The notes under the pieces are model-generated. The model was not told the DNA's origin, made no database searches, and saw only the letters and a program-made list of their open reading frames with translations. The position numbers were made by a program, and so were the translations under genes. Source: Methanobacteriota archaeon (lineage in GTDB: Archaea; Halobacteriota; Bog-38; Methanoflorentales; Methanoflorentaceae). Taken from it: 64,000 nucleotides of DNA. Positions within the stretch are counted from its first letter, which is position 1, and every line of letters starts with the position of its first letter. The stretch spans positions 57,433 through 121,432 of the forward strand of contig CAVRAO010000011.1 of NCBI GenBank assembly GCA_963719035.1, in the 5' to 3' direction. This document shows, piece by piece, positions 10,867 to 19,478 of this stretch.

Positions 10867-11402
10867 GCGGCTAATACGTTGTCAACCCACTGTTTTACAG
10901 GCGTACCGTAGCCCCATTGGAAATACACTACTTGCCCCGTCTCTAATATGGTTGCACTCACCCAATTAGCGTTAGGAGCTCCATTTTCAAACGTTGCGTT
11001 ATATAGTGTATTTCCGTGGGTTAGGGTCGTGGTTACCCGTGGGTTATTTGCATAATATGGCTGAAGGTCACCGTAATACTCAGAGTAACCGTTATTACAC
11101 ATAGTTCCCGCACAGTGAACGACTATAGCAACGTGGTAGTTGTATTTTACTGGCGCAGGCGGCGTAAATTTTGGTGCTGGTGCGGCAGAAGCAGAAGGAG
11201 TTATTAGCGTAGCAGAAGGCTTTACTAGCGTTTTCGAAGTATTTTTGACCGTATTAGCAGCCGTTGCTGGCGGCGTCTCGCCCGGTGATGAAGAAAGATT
11301 AGCGCAGCCCGCTATTAACAAAGAAGCAACTAAAAGCAGTAGAACAATTATCGCAGTTATCGGTTTCAATTGCGTACGCTTAGTTTTTGCAGCAGAAGCC
11401 AT
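10863..11402 (-). CDS. Lipoprotein, unknown function
   Basis: QLKPITAIIVLLLLVASLLIAGC signal followed by a Pro/Thr/Ala linker. Confidence 0.7.
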   Translation of the reverse strand: MASAAKTKRTQLKPITAIIVLLLLVASLLIAGCANLSSSPGETPPATAANTVKNTSKTLVKPSATLITPSASAAPAPKFTPPAPVKYNYHVAIVVHCAGTMCNNGYSEYYGDLQPYYANNPRVTTTLTHGNTLYNATFENGAPNANWVSATILETGQVVYFQWGYGTPVKQWVDNVLAA

Positions 11403-11418
11403 GTTAAACTAGCCTTTT

Positions 11419-11565
11419 TCATAAGTTTAAGTCTACAATAAGCGCCCACCCCAACAGCGCAAAAAATGATAAACCCGCTAATATGATAGAGTAAGCTGGG
11501 GTTATTACAAACATCACCATTATGGCCACCCCTACTAGAGAATAAATCTCTTGGGCATACTTCAT
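11419..11565 (-). CDS. Small membrane protein (48 aa)
   Basis: Hand translation MKYAQEIYSLVGVAIMVMFVITPAYSIILAGLSFFALLGWALIVDLNL, directly after a repeat copy. Confidence 0.5.
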   Translation of the reverse strand: MKYAQEIYSLVGVAIMVMFVITPAYSIILAGLSFFALLGWALIVDLNL

Positions 11566-11787
11566 CATTTATCGCGAACCTCACGCTTATGCAAGAAGCT
11601 AAGGTTGGCTTAACTATTCCTATTCTACACGACACTTTTCATGCCGTCACTCCATGTTGTATTATCCTCTAGGAACGGGACCCGTCAGTCAAAGGAAATC
11701 GAAAAAATAAATAATTAGCTAGGAGATAAGGAATGGGTTATAGGAACCCATTTCTAACTTTGTTTATCAACAAGCCCTTCTATGCGG

Positions 11788-12199
11788 TTATGTGATAGTA
11801 ATCTTTGACGTAAGTTGCGAAGGTTGATAGGTACTATCACCTGCAAATTTCAGTGTGACGTCATATGTGCCTGGATTCAAACCGCTTGTGTCGAGGTACG
11901 CGGTATAATAACAGTCACTGCCTCCTGAAGATATTGTGCCAATTGTCGCAGTGACCGCTCCGTGGCCACAAATCCGGTAGCCTGACGCAATTACATTGAT
12001 TCCTATGTTGTCTCCCCCGCTTGGATCGCGGACGAATTGAATTGAGTATTTGATGGTATGCATCGACGTATCGCGCAAGCTTCGAATCTGGAATTGGACT
12101 CGGACTCGCTGTGTTATTTGTTGTATTTATGATGCAACCGACTGCCGATGTTAAGACAACAACGAGAACGACTATCGCCGTTATCAGTTTCAATTGCAT
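11788..12199 (-). pseudogene. Lipoprotein with Ig-like C-terminus, frameshifted or chimeric
   Basis: MQLKLITAIVVL...SAVGC in one frame; LNPGTYDVTLKFAGDSTYQPS in another. Confidence 0.55.
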
Positions 12200-12243
12200 A
12201 CGCTCATGCAAGACTTAGAGGTTGGCTTAACAATTCCGATTTC

Positions 12244-12801
12244 CTATGGTGTGGTTGTAGGAGTCAAAGTAAAGATTAAGTCAATATGCACAAAAGTGAA
12301 AAATAGGAAAATCCCAAGAATGATCGCTCCGATTATTGCAGTCGCAAGTATGATCTTCTCTCTGTTCTTTTCTGCCTCTTGACGTAGCGCTATTTCGGAT
12401 GGCGTTTTCGGCTCCTGTCGTGGTTGCCTATACGATTGAATCGCGGAAACGGCTACTGTAAGAAACACGAAGACTATTGAGATTAATGCTATTACAGCAA
12501 TAGCTTGCCCCGCAGGGGTATGCGGAGCGGTCACACCAGAACTGTCCAGTGCTAATGCAACGAGTATAATTACAAACATCCAGATCCACGCCACAACTAG
12601 CGTTCTTGTTGCCGACAATACGCGAATTACACGATTCTTACTCTTCGGCGGAGGTTGAGGCTTTAGATCAACGTAGTCAGTAGCTTTTGTAGTAGTGTGC
12701 GATGGGGTTGCCTGTCCACAGTTGGAACAAAACTTACTTTCAGGGACTAGTGTCGCTCCACAGTGTTTACAAAATATAGCCGTCATGTTACAACCACCCA
12801 A
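12244..12801 (-). CDS. Zinc-ribbon membrane protein
   Basis: FCKHCGATL...FCSNCG plus three hydrophobic segments. Confidence 0.75.
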   Translation of the reverse strand: MGGCNMTAIFCKHCGATLVPESKFCSNCGQATPSHTTTKATDYVDLKPQPPPKSKNRVIRVLSATRTLVVAWIWMFVIILVALALDSSGVTAPHTPAGQAIAVIALISIVFVFLTVAVSAIQSYRQPRQEPKTPSEIALRQEAEKNREKIILATAIIGAIILGIFLFFTFVHIDLIFTLTPTTTP

Positions 12802-12871
12802 TCATGTTTACAAAATCAAGACGTGCATTAAAGAGACTATTAGAGGCTTAACGTTTCCTGTTAAAGAGTAT

Positions 12872-13048
12872 TTACCTAGGACGCCAAGTGTTCACTGCCC
12901 ACGTAACGATAAAGGGCACTGCTAGGATAACAGCGCCATATGCAACAGTAAGGGTTTGATAAAATAGACCAATTATCCCTAAAATTATGACAATAGCTTT
13001 TATCGCATCTTGGTGTTCGTCAGGGAATAAGATAGATTCTTTTGCCAT
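12872..13048 (-). CDS. Small membrane protein (58 aa)
   Basis: Hand translation MAKESILFPDEHQDAIKAIVIILGIIGLFYQTLTVAYGAVILAVPFIVTWAVNTWRPR. Confidence 0.5.
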   Translation of the reverse strand: MAKESILFPDEHQDAIKAIVIILGIIGLFYQTLTVAYGAVILAVPFIVTWAVNTWRPR

Positions 13049-13090
13049 CGCTCCAAACGCGTAACATAGCCGTAATAGATTTAAGCGTTG

Positions 13091-13258
13091 TTACTTTTCA
13101 GGAATTTTAAGATAGGCGAGAACCACTCCAATGATGATACATGCTGCGCCAATGAATACGTTATAGAGGGCAGCCGTTTGTACATAGACTCCGTATAACG
13201 AAATCACTGTAACAAACACACCAACAATTAGGAAAATCCAAGCAAGTGTTGAGACCAA
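13091..13258 (-). CDS. Small two-TM protein (55 aa)
   Basis: GAGGTGA RBS, TTG start, VSTLAWIFLIVGVFV...LAYLKIPEK. Confidence 0.55.
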   Translation of the reverse strand: MVSTLAWIFLIVGVFVTVISLYGVYVQTAALYNVFIGAACIIIGVVLAYLKIPEK

Positions 13259-13442
13259 CGCTTTTCACCTCTTTCTCTTTACATGGTCGAAAAATAAATC
13301 AACGCGTAAGATGGTGATAATTTAGTTAAGCGTTATCTTTTTAGTTCTATTTTTTGCCAAAACACAAAGTTATGCAGACTTTGTTTGACATCTACCTTAT
13401 GCAAGAAGCGAAGGATGGCTTAACAAATCCTATTCTTGCTTT

Positions 13443-13847
13443 CTATTGAACGATAATCGTCCCCTTCTCCTGCGAGTGGATGTAGCAGTTGTAGGGATAC
13501 GTTCCTGTGGTATTGAACTGATACGTATAAGTGTCGCCCGCGCCAATTAATGGCGTTGAACCGCCCTTGCTCTCTCTTGGCGGCGTTGAAAATATTGAGT
13601 TCTCTGAAAAGAGCTGATGGTCGACCGAATCGTTGTTTCTCCACGTCACATTAGCCCCTTTTTGAATCGTGAGCGAAGAAGGGTTAAAGGCATAATCGTT
13701 GATCACAACTGTATTTTGACTAGCAGTGCTAGCAACTGTGCTTGGCGTAGGGGATTGATTTGTGGTGCTTGAAGTGCAACCAGCAACGGACAAAGATGCG
13801 ACCATAAGCAATAGAACGGCTATCGCGGTTATTGGTTTTAGTTGCAT
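13443..13847 (-). CDS. Cupredoxin/plastocyanin-like lipoprotein
   Basis: Lipobox SVAGC; AFNPSSLTI, VTWRNNDSVDH, GTYPYNCYIH (axial Met position is not Met). Confidence 0.8.
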   Translation of the reverse strand: MQLKPITAIAVLLLMVASLSVAGCTSSTTNQSPTPSTVASTASQNTVVINDYAFNPSSLTIQKGANVTWRNNDSVDHQLFSENSIFSTPPRESKGGSTPLIGAGDTYTYQFNTTGTYPYNCYIHSQEKGTIIVQ

Positions 13848-14074
13848 ACGCTTATTCAAGAGGCGAAGGTTGGCTTAACAATTCCTATTCTAATTGCATT
13901 CATTCTATCATAACAACGCAAATTTTGCTGAGCCACGCGCTAGAAGACCGAAATGGTAAAAAACAGGCCGCAGCGTTTTTTAATGAAAGTAACGCCACGG
14001 AGCGATTTTGTATTCGCTTGAAACTCGCAAAAAAAGAAAGGAAGAGAGTATAACACCCCCTTTTTTACTCAACC

Positions 14075-14725
14075 TTACGCAAACTGCAGCTGAATGTCAT
14101 AGACCGTAGCCGAGGCTGATGCCATTGATGTACCGCCTGCGTAAGTAGATAGGCACATGTTTATTTGACCTTGGCCGGGACCTGTGCTAAGGTCAAGCAA
14201 CGTCGTTCTATAATGGACCACCTTTAGTGGGCTGTTGACCGCGTATGCCGAGGAGCTATCCTTCAAGTAAATAATGTGGTTCATTTGGCTGCCTGGGTTC
14301 TTAATGCTAATCGAACAAGAATGGCTATCTGGGCCAGAGCCCGAAAACTTGTATCCAAAAATTGCAGTGACGGTTACGGGCTTATTCTTCACTTTATCCC
14401 AGTTGACTAACGGATTCAGGGACCACTGCACTCCGACCCAAGCGTCACTAACAGCATAATCAGTTCCGTACGTGCCTGTCGAGCTCGAACTACTTGTGAG
14501 CTTGTTGCCATTAGAGCTAGCCGTAGCCAATTCGCCCGGACTACCCCCCATGTCACGGCCGTGGTTGTTGTATCTAAACCAAACGTTTGGCAACGGGGGC
14601 GTGACCGTGTATATGGGGCTTGACATCGTTCCAGCGTTCGTCGGTTTTCCAGCGACGGCGGTGGAGCCAAAGACGGTAAAAACCATCAGACCAATCATGC
14701 CGATTGCAACTAGTTTTCGCCTCAT
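14075..14725 (-). CDS. Secreted Ser/Thr-rich protein
   Basis: MRRKLVAIGMIGLMVF signal peptide, 216 aa. Confidence 0.65.
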   Translation of the reverse strand: MRRKLVAIGMIGLMVFTVFGSTAVAGKPTNAGTMSSPIYTVTPPLPNVWFRYNNHGRDMGGSPGELATASSNGNKLTSSSSSTGTYGTDYAVSDAWVGVQWSLNPLVNWDKVKNKPVTVTAIFGYKFSGSGPDSHSCSISIKNPGSQMNHIIYLKDSSSAYAVNSPLKVVHYRTTLLDLSTGPGQGQINMCLSTYAGGTSMASASATVYDIQLQFA

Positions 14726-14881
14726 ACGTTATTATCTCCTTGTTTCGGCGAACACGCCGTTTTTTAAAACTGGTCAATATTCGCTCTATTCTAATAAAAC
14801 TTGCTCTGTTTACATCGCTTTGTAGATAGACGCGCGAGTTATCAGCTTAGCTGATATTCTTATAAAGAAAACGCAAGCGTT

Positions 14882-16309
14882 ATGCGCATACGCGCTGTGC
14901 CGTCAAATATGCAACATATCTGCACGCACAAAATAAGCGTTCAAAGCGCGAAACCGTCACACGCGTATCCGATTATCAGGCTGCCGCGTGAGTTTCGCCG
15001 ACTAGCGGGCACTGCCGCGAAGATTTACAAAACGATGCATAATGGCGCACTCGCGTTTTTAGTCGTGCCTAAGGACTTAAATGGTCATAAAAACGAGTTA
15101 GATACTGACATGTATGAAACGAGCCTTTACACGGCGAAGGTCGGGCGTTCGAATCGCCTCGAGCCCATCGTTTATTTTACAATCGGCTGCACTAGAGCCG
15201 TCCATTGACGTTTTCTCGGATACGAGGATTATGGCGAAAAAGAAGCACAACAAGGATAAAAAGTTGCACAACTCTGACGTTGTGAACAATGAGCCCGATC
15301 TTTCTTGGCAAGAACGCGTTGACTTGATTCCAGAAGATGAGGGTGAAAGTGGTTCTGAAATCTACTACTTCACCGACGAAGACGACAATATCCACTCACG
15401 CGAATTCCTTGCTGAAGAACTCATTCCTGACGATGCTGAAGACCGGAAAGATTCATTGAAAAGAAAACTAAGACACGAGAAGCTTCAAAGAATGAAGCCT
15501 GGCGCCGTGGAGATAGTAAACCTCGTTCCAGCATCAGGGGAAAGCAGGGGGAGATCTCTTTGCCCGTCCCAAAGTCAGGGGCACCTCCACTTGATATTCG
15601 GATATCCAGCGAAGTCGTCCCAGAGCTGTTCACCAAAAAAGAGTCGCAGAGTGATGGCGTCGAAGAGAACAGGCAGGTCATCGTTCATCTTCAAGATCGT
15701 TCAGCTACTGATGAGCCTTCACGCACTGTCCATGATAATAACTCACGCCCCCCTCTGGTTCTTTATTTTACGCAAGCCGAACTTGAGTCTTATGTCACCT
15801 ACCGCAGCGAAGGCCTTGCAGAGAAATCAAAGGATTGGATTACTCGATCTTCAGAAGCAGTATGGGAATCGACCGCAGGTGAAATCTCTCATCAGACGAT
15901 GACAGGCCTCAGAACATTTGTTCTTGAAAAATACAACTCGGCAGACTCGCATTCAAAAGTACTGAGCTTCGCAGTCGGGTTCCTCAATTTCTTGGCCCAA
16001 ACGAACATCGATCCACGATACGTTTCGTTTAAGCTCTTCCTTGAAAGACCGAAGACCAAGAAAGTCAAAAAAGCGCTTACTGAAAGGATCATCACTCGCG
16101 AAGACATCGGCGCCGTGTTTCAGCATATTGCTGCAGCTGAAGAAGGGGGAACCGATCCTTCGAAGATACGCAATTATCGCGCTTTTGCGCTCCTTGCTTC
16201 GTATACAGGGTTACGACCGAGCACATTAGAACGCTTGACGGTTGGACAGTTTAGAACTGCGCTCCGCGAGCGGAAGCCAAGCAAACCATGCTTTTCAGTG
16301 CACGAGTAA
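14882..16309 (+). pseudogene. Tyrosine integrase with intragenic att (SSV/pTN3-type layout), frameshifted and 3'-truncated
   Basis: N-terminus YPIIRLPREF...GALAFLVV; att translated as FTRRRSGVRIASSP; core ends just after LLASYTGLRPST (first catalytic Arg). Confidence 0.8.
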
Positions 16310-16866
16310 TAGTCAAAACACGCGCTCTATCTCGGTATACCTCATATCTTAGGTCGTTAAGCCGCTTGTCTGATTCTCGTATACTGGTCTCTGTCTCCTT
16401 GGCATAACGTGCTATCTCTTTTTGTGCCTTATCTGGCTCGTGCCATAGTTCCTCAAGACTCTTGGCCAAATACCGACGCTTTCTTAGAGGATACTCTTAG
16501 ACCGCTCCTCAAGGTCTCGAAGCTCAGTCATTGTTTTATCTGACTTCATCAAAATGTACTCAAGTTCGGCGCGCAATCTTTCTTGTTGTATATCGAGCAC
16601 TCGGTGCTGTTCAATTTGCTCCTCTTTTCTTGTTCGATTGAAGTCATCTTCTTTGATAGCAGCAGCATTTCTTGTTCAATCTGTAATTTTTCTAGGTCTG
16701 CTCTCAGCTTTTGCATTCTAAGCGACAGATCGCGTGCTGTTTGCAAATCGTTTTCCATGATAAAGAGCGCTTTTGAGCCTTTTTGCTGCTGATCCACATA
16801 ATTTTTCAGTTCGTCGAGTTGCTGTGTCATAGGCTGCAGCAGTGCTGATAACCGCCCTTCGTGCAT
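16251..16866 (-). pseudogene. Coiled-coil protein fragments
   Basis: Two short charged heptad-rich ORFs (16549..16866, 16251..16469). Confidence 0.35.
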
Positions 16867-17403
16867 CTGCAGTAAAGTAGCACCCCAAACTGCAGTTCTT
16901 TCATATCCTCGGCCAACTTGAGACCTTCTAAGGAAACATAAACATCGAAATACTTGTCATAAGAATCCAGATAGTGACCATCTGACTAACGTGTTCAGGC
17001 ACGTGCTGGTCACCAATGAAGCCGGGTTGCTCGCGTCGCTCAAGGAAAGTATCGTCGATCCTGCAGATAAGCGGGCGGAAGAGATACTGAAGATTAAAAG
17101 GGAGCTTTTCGCACAGATAGATGACGATATAAGGGCAAAAAAGCAACCTGTTGAAAAGTGGGACCTTGAAACGCCAAGAGACTTAGAAGAAGAGGAAGCG
17201 CAGATAACGGCACGAGTCTATCATAAGCAGCATATGAAGTATTTAAGTCACGGGGATAGTCGCTGTCGAAAGGTTTGATGCTATTATTGTAATCAGGCAA
17301 TGGTGCAAACCATTCTCAAAAGAGATTAGCTATAACAGCTCATCGCGGGCTCGTCAGCACTTGCTAGTTAAAGCGAACTACGCTCGCTCTTTATTTATGC
17401 CCC

Positions 17404-18006
17404 TCACATTTCTTGATCGTTTGCCGTGTCAGCTCTGCTGCCTCCTCGTCGTAGACGAGTGGCATCACCTCTGCCACCTCTGCAAGCGTGGTGGCATATG
17501 CAGAGCATGATGGGTCTTATCGTGTTAAGCACGCCTCGCAGCTCCTCTGCACATTCCCATCGCCTCTCGTGCTGTAACGCAGAGACACCATCACCTTTCG
17601 TGTTCTCATAATCGAGCAATTTCGGGTGCCAGTATGCGAGCACGGGACGCAGCACCCCGTTTAATACCTCAACCGCGATTGTGCCGAACGAGAGCTTGCC
17701 CTCGCCCCTCTGCTTCGCCACCGAAGGTCCGTACGTCTTTAGGATATCGCGCGTCGTGTTAAACAGCGTGTAGAGTGACTTCAGTGCCTCTCGAAGCAGG
17801 CCCTCGTCGGGCTTGAGCTCAACGATGGCGATGCGCGTGACGAGTTCTACATAGAGCTCCCACGCCGCCTTCCGTTCGTTCTCATCGGGCTCCCAGCTCC
17901 CCGTGATGTTGATGAACGGAGGGAAGTTTAAGGAGACTTTAACGTCCTTGAATTTCGGCATTTTTTTCATCTCCACCTTCGATAGCTGTGCTCCCCATAG
18001 CTTCAC
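17404..18006 (-). CDS. Hypothetical protein, C-terminus probably frameshifted
   Basis: WEPDENERKAAWELYVELVTRIA...LRPVLAYWHP; co-oriented behind the pentapeptide gene. Confidence 0.65.
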   Translation of the reverse strand: MKLWGAQLSKVEMKKMPKFKDVKVSLNFPPFINITGSWEPDENERKAAWELYVELVTRIAIVELKPDEGLLREALKSLYTLFNTTRDILKTYGPSVAKQRGEGKLSFGTIAVEVLNGVLRPVLAYWHPKLLDYENTKGDGVSALQHERRWECAEELRGVLNTIRPIMLCICHHACRGGRGDATRLRRGGSRADTANDQEM

Positions 18007-18035
18007 ACAGAACTGCTGTTGTTGCGGTCTTTTGG

Positions 18036-19298
18036 CTACTTTCCCTGGATTGCCTTCACGATTGGCATAGAACGCGCCTCATCCTGCTTGATCGAAGCAG
18101 CTCTCGCGGCGTTTAAGTGTTCTATAACGTTCTCTTCAAGCGATGCAAGTAAATGCTCTGTATCTTCATATAGACAGGTCTCTAGAATCGTTCTATATGT
18201 CTTTCGTAATGAAATAAGCGTGGCGTTATCAGTCTCTTCCGATGACGCGAGAAGCACAGGGAGTATCGGAGGGCCTGCCCCAGCGATTGCTACCACTTCA
18301 GCATCAACCATTTTCGCGTCAGTAAAATCAGCAACGACAAAGCGTGCCATACGTGCCAGCGTTTCGATCGTACCCAAGAATGATTGACTATCAGGTTTCT
18401 GGAAATCAAAGATTACTGGAACATAGTCCTTTTGGCGAAAGAAACTAGCCATCGCATCGAGCGCAGGTTTTCGATCTCCGCTAAACCTGCCTAAAATAAG
18501 TACCACTTTTGAGGTGATAGTGTCGATAACGTTCCGCAACTTTTCATGCTTTGTGAGCACATAGATGAATTGAGCGACTTCGAGGTCATCAACTGTGATT
18601 ATTGGCTCCAGTTCGTTAGACCTGATGCATAAATTCGACTCATCTTTTGCCTTACCTTGGAGATTCCATACCGAAATACCGTACACCGCGCACCCAGTAA
18701 ACACCGCATCGGTGACATTTGTTTCAATTAAAAGTGCCCGTCTAAGAGTGGCGTCTTTAAGATTGGCACCCGTCAAGTTTGTATTTGATAGATTCGCGAC
18801 GGTCAAATAAGCGCGTGAAAGGTTTGCATGCGAGAGGTCAGCATTCAAGAGATTGGCGCCAAGGCTGGCCCCAGATAGATCGGCGTGAGAGAGGTTAGCG
18901 TTCATGAACTTGGTGTCACCGAGACCAGCGCCGATGAGGTTTGCATGCGAGAGGTCAGCGTTCAAAAGGATTGAGTGAGTAAGCTTTACGCTAAATAAAG
19001 TGGCATGTGAAAGGTCAGCATAAGAAAAGTTAGCATAAGAAAGGTTGCCATGTGAAAGGATGGCGCTACAGAGCTTAGTGCCTTTACAATTGGCGTTGTA
19101 GAGGTTTACTTGCCAGAGTTTACTATTGGAGAGGTCTGCCTTGGAGAGGTTGGCATAAGAGAGATTTGCATGCGAGAAGTCAGCGTTTACTAGTCTCGCA
19201 CCGCTAAGATTGGGTCTCACGTCAGGAGATTCTTTACGCCACGCGTTCCACGCGTCGACGCCTTGCTTTAGTATCTTGAGATGTTCTGGATTAGCCAT
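18036..19298 (-). CDS. Pentapeptide-repeat protein with C-terminal TIR-like alpha/beta domain
   Basis: Long A(D/N)LSx repeats; C-terminus KVVLILGRF...VIFDF...ARFVVADFT. Confidence 0.85.
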   Translation of the reverse strand: MANPEHLKILKQGVDAWNAWRKESPDVRPNLSGARLVNADFSHANLSYANLSKADLSNSKLWQVNLYNANCKGTKLCSAILSHGNLSYANFSYADLSHATLFSVKLTHSILLNADLSHANLIGAGLGDTKFMNANLSHADLSGASLGANLLNADLSHANLSRAYLTVANLSNTNLTGANLKDATLRRALLIETNVTDAVFTGCAVYGISVWNLQGKAKDESNLCIRSNELEPIITVDDLEVAQFIYVLTKHEKLRNVIDTITSKVVLILGRFSGDRKPALDAMASFFRQKDYVPVIFDFQKPDSQSFLGTIETLARMARFVVADFTDAKMVDAEVVAIAGAGPPILPVLLASSEETDNATLISLRKTYRTILETCLYEDTEHLLASLEENVIEHLNAARAASIKQDEARSMPIVKAIQGK

Positions 19299-19478
19299 CT
19301 TTTCGCCGAGCTACTATAATCCACAGAGCAACTGCCAACATTTGGTGTCTGTTAGCCAAGCTATCTAGTTCAAGCCCTTCAATTGTAAAGCTTGCGATTT
19401 GGCACTCAAAGATAGTATATGACAATAGCCTCTCGATCACGAATATTACGAGTTATCGATATAATAATTGTCTTTACC

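Larger units (their letters stand above)
10519..13890 (-). repeat. Cluster of ~45-bp gene-start elements (10519-10566, 11583-11625, 12194-12241, 13396-13435, 13842-13890; degenerate ~11369-11420 and 12843-12862)
   Basis: Plus-strand consensus ttgcatacgcttatgcaagaggcgaaggttggcttaacaattcctattc. Confidence 0.9.
9271..15173 (+). mobile_element. tRNA-Val-integrated element bounded by a 51-bp direct repeat (9271-9321 and 15123-15173)
   Basis: Exact repeat gcctttacacggcgaaggtcgggcgttcgaatcgcctcgagcccatcgttt; the second copy lies inside the integrase-coding region. Confidence 0.85.

Noticed and set aside
10519-13890. CRISPR array or classical integron attC sites
   Set aside because: Copies are separated by whole genes, not ~35-bp spacers, and no cas genes are present. 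No RYYYAAC inverse core or long attC palindrome precedes the GTTAAGC, and the integrase shows no recognisable IntI features.
15123-15173. Second tRNA-Val gene
   Set aside because: Only the 3' part from the anticodon arm is present; it is an att duplicate. The same applies to 26553-26595.
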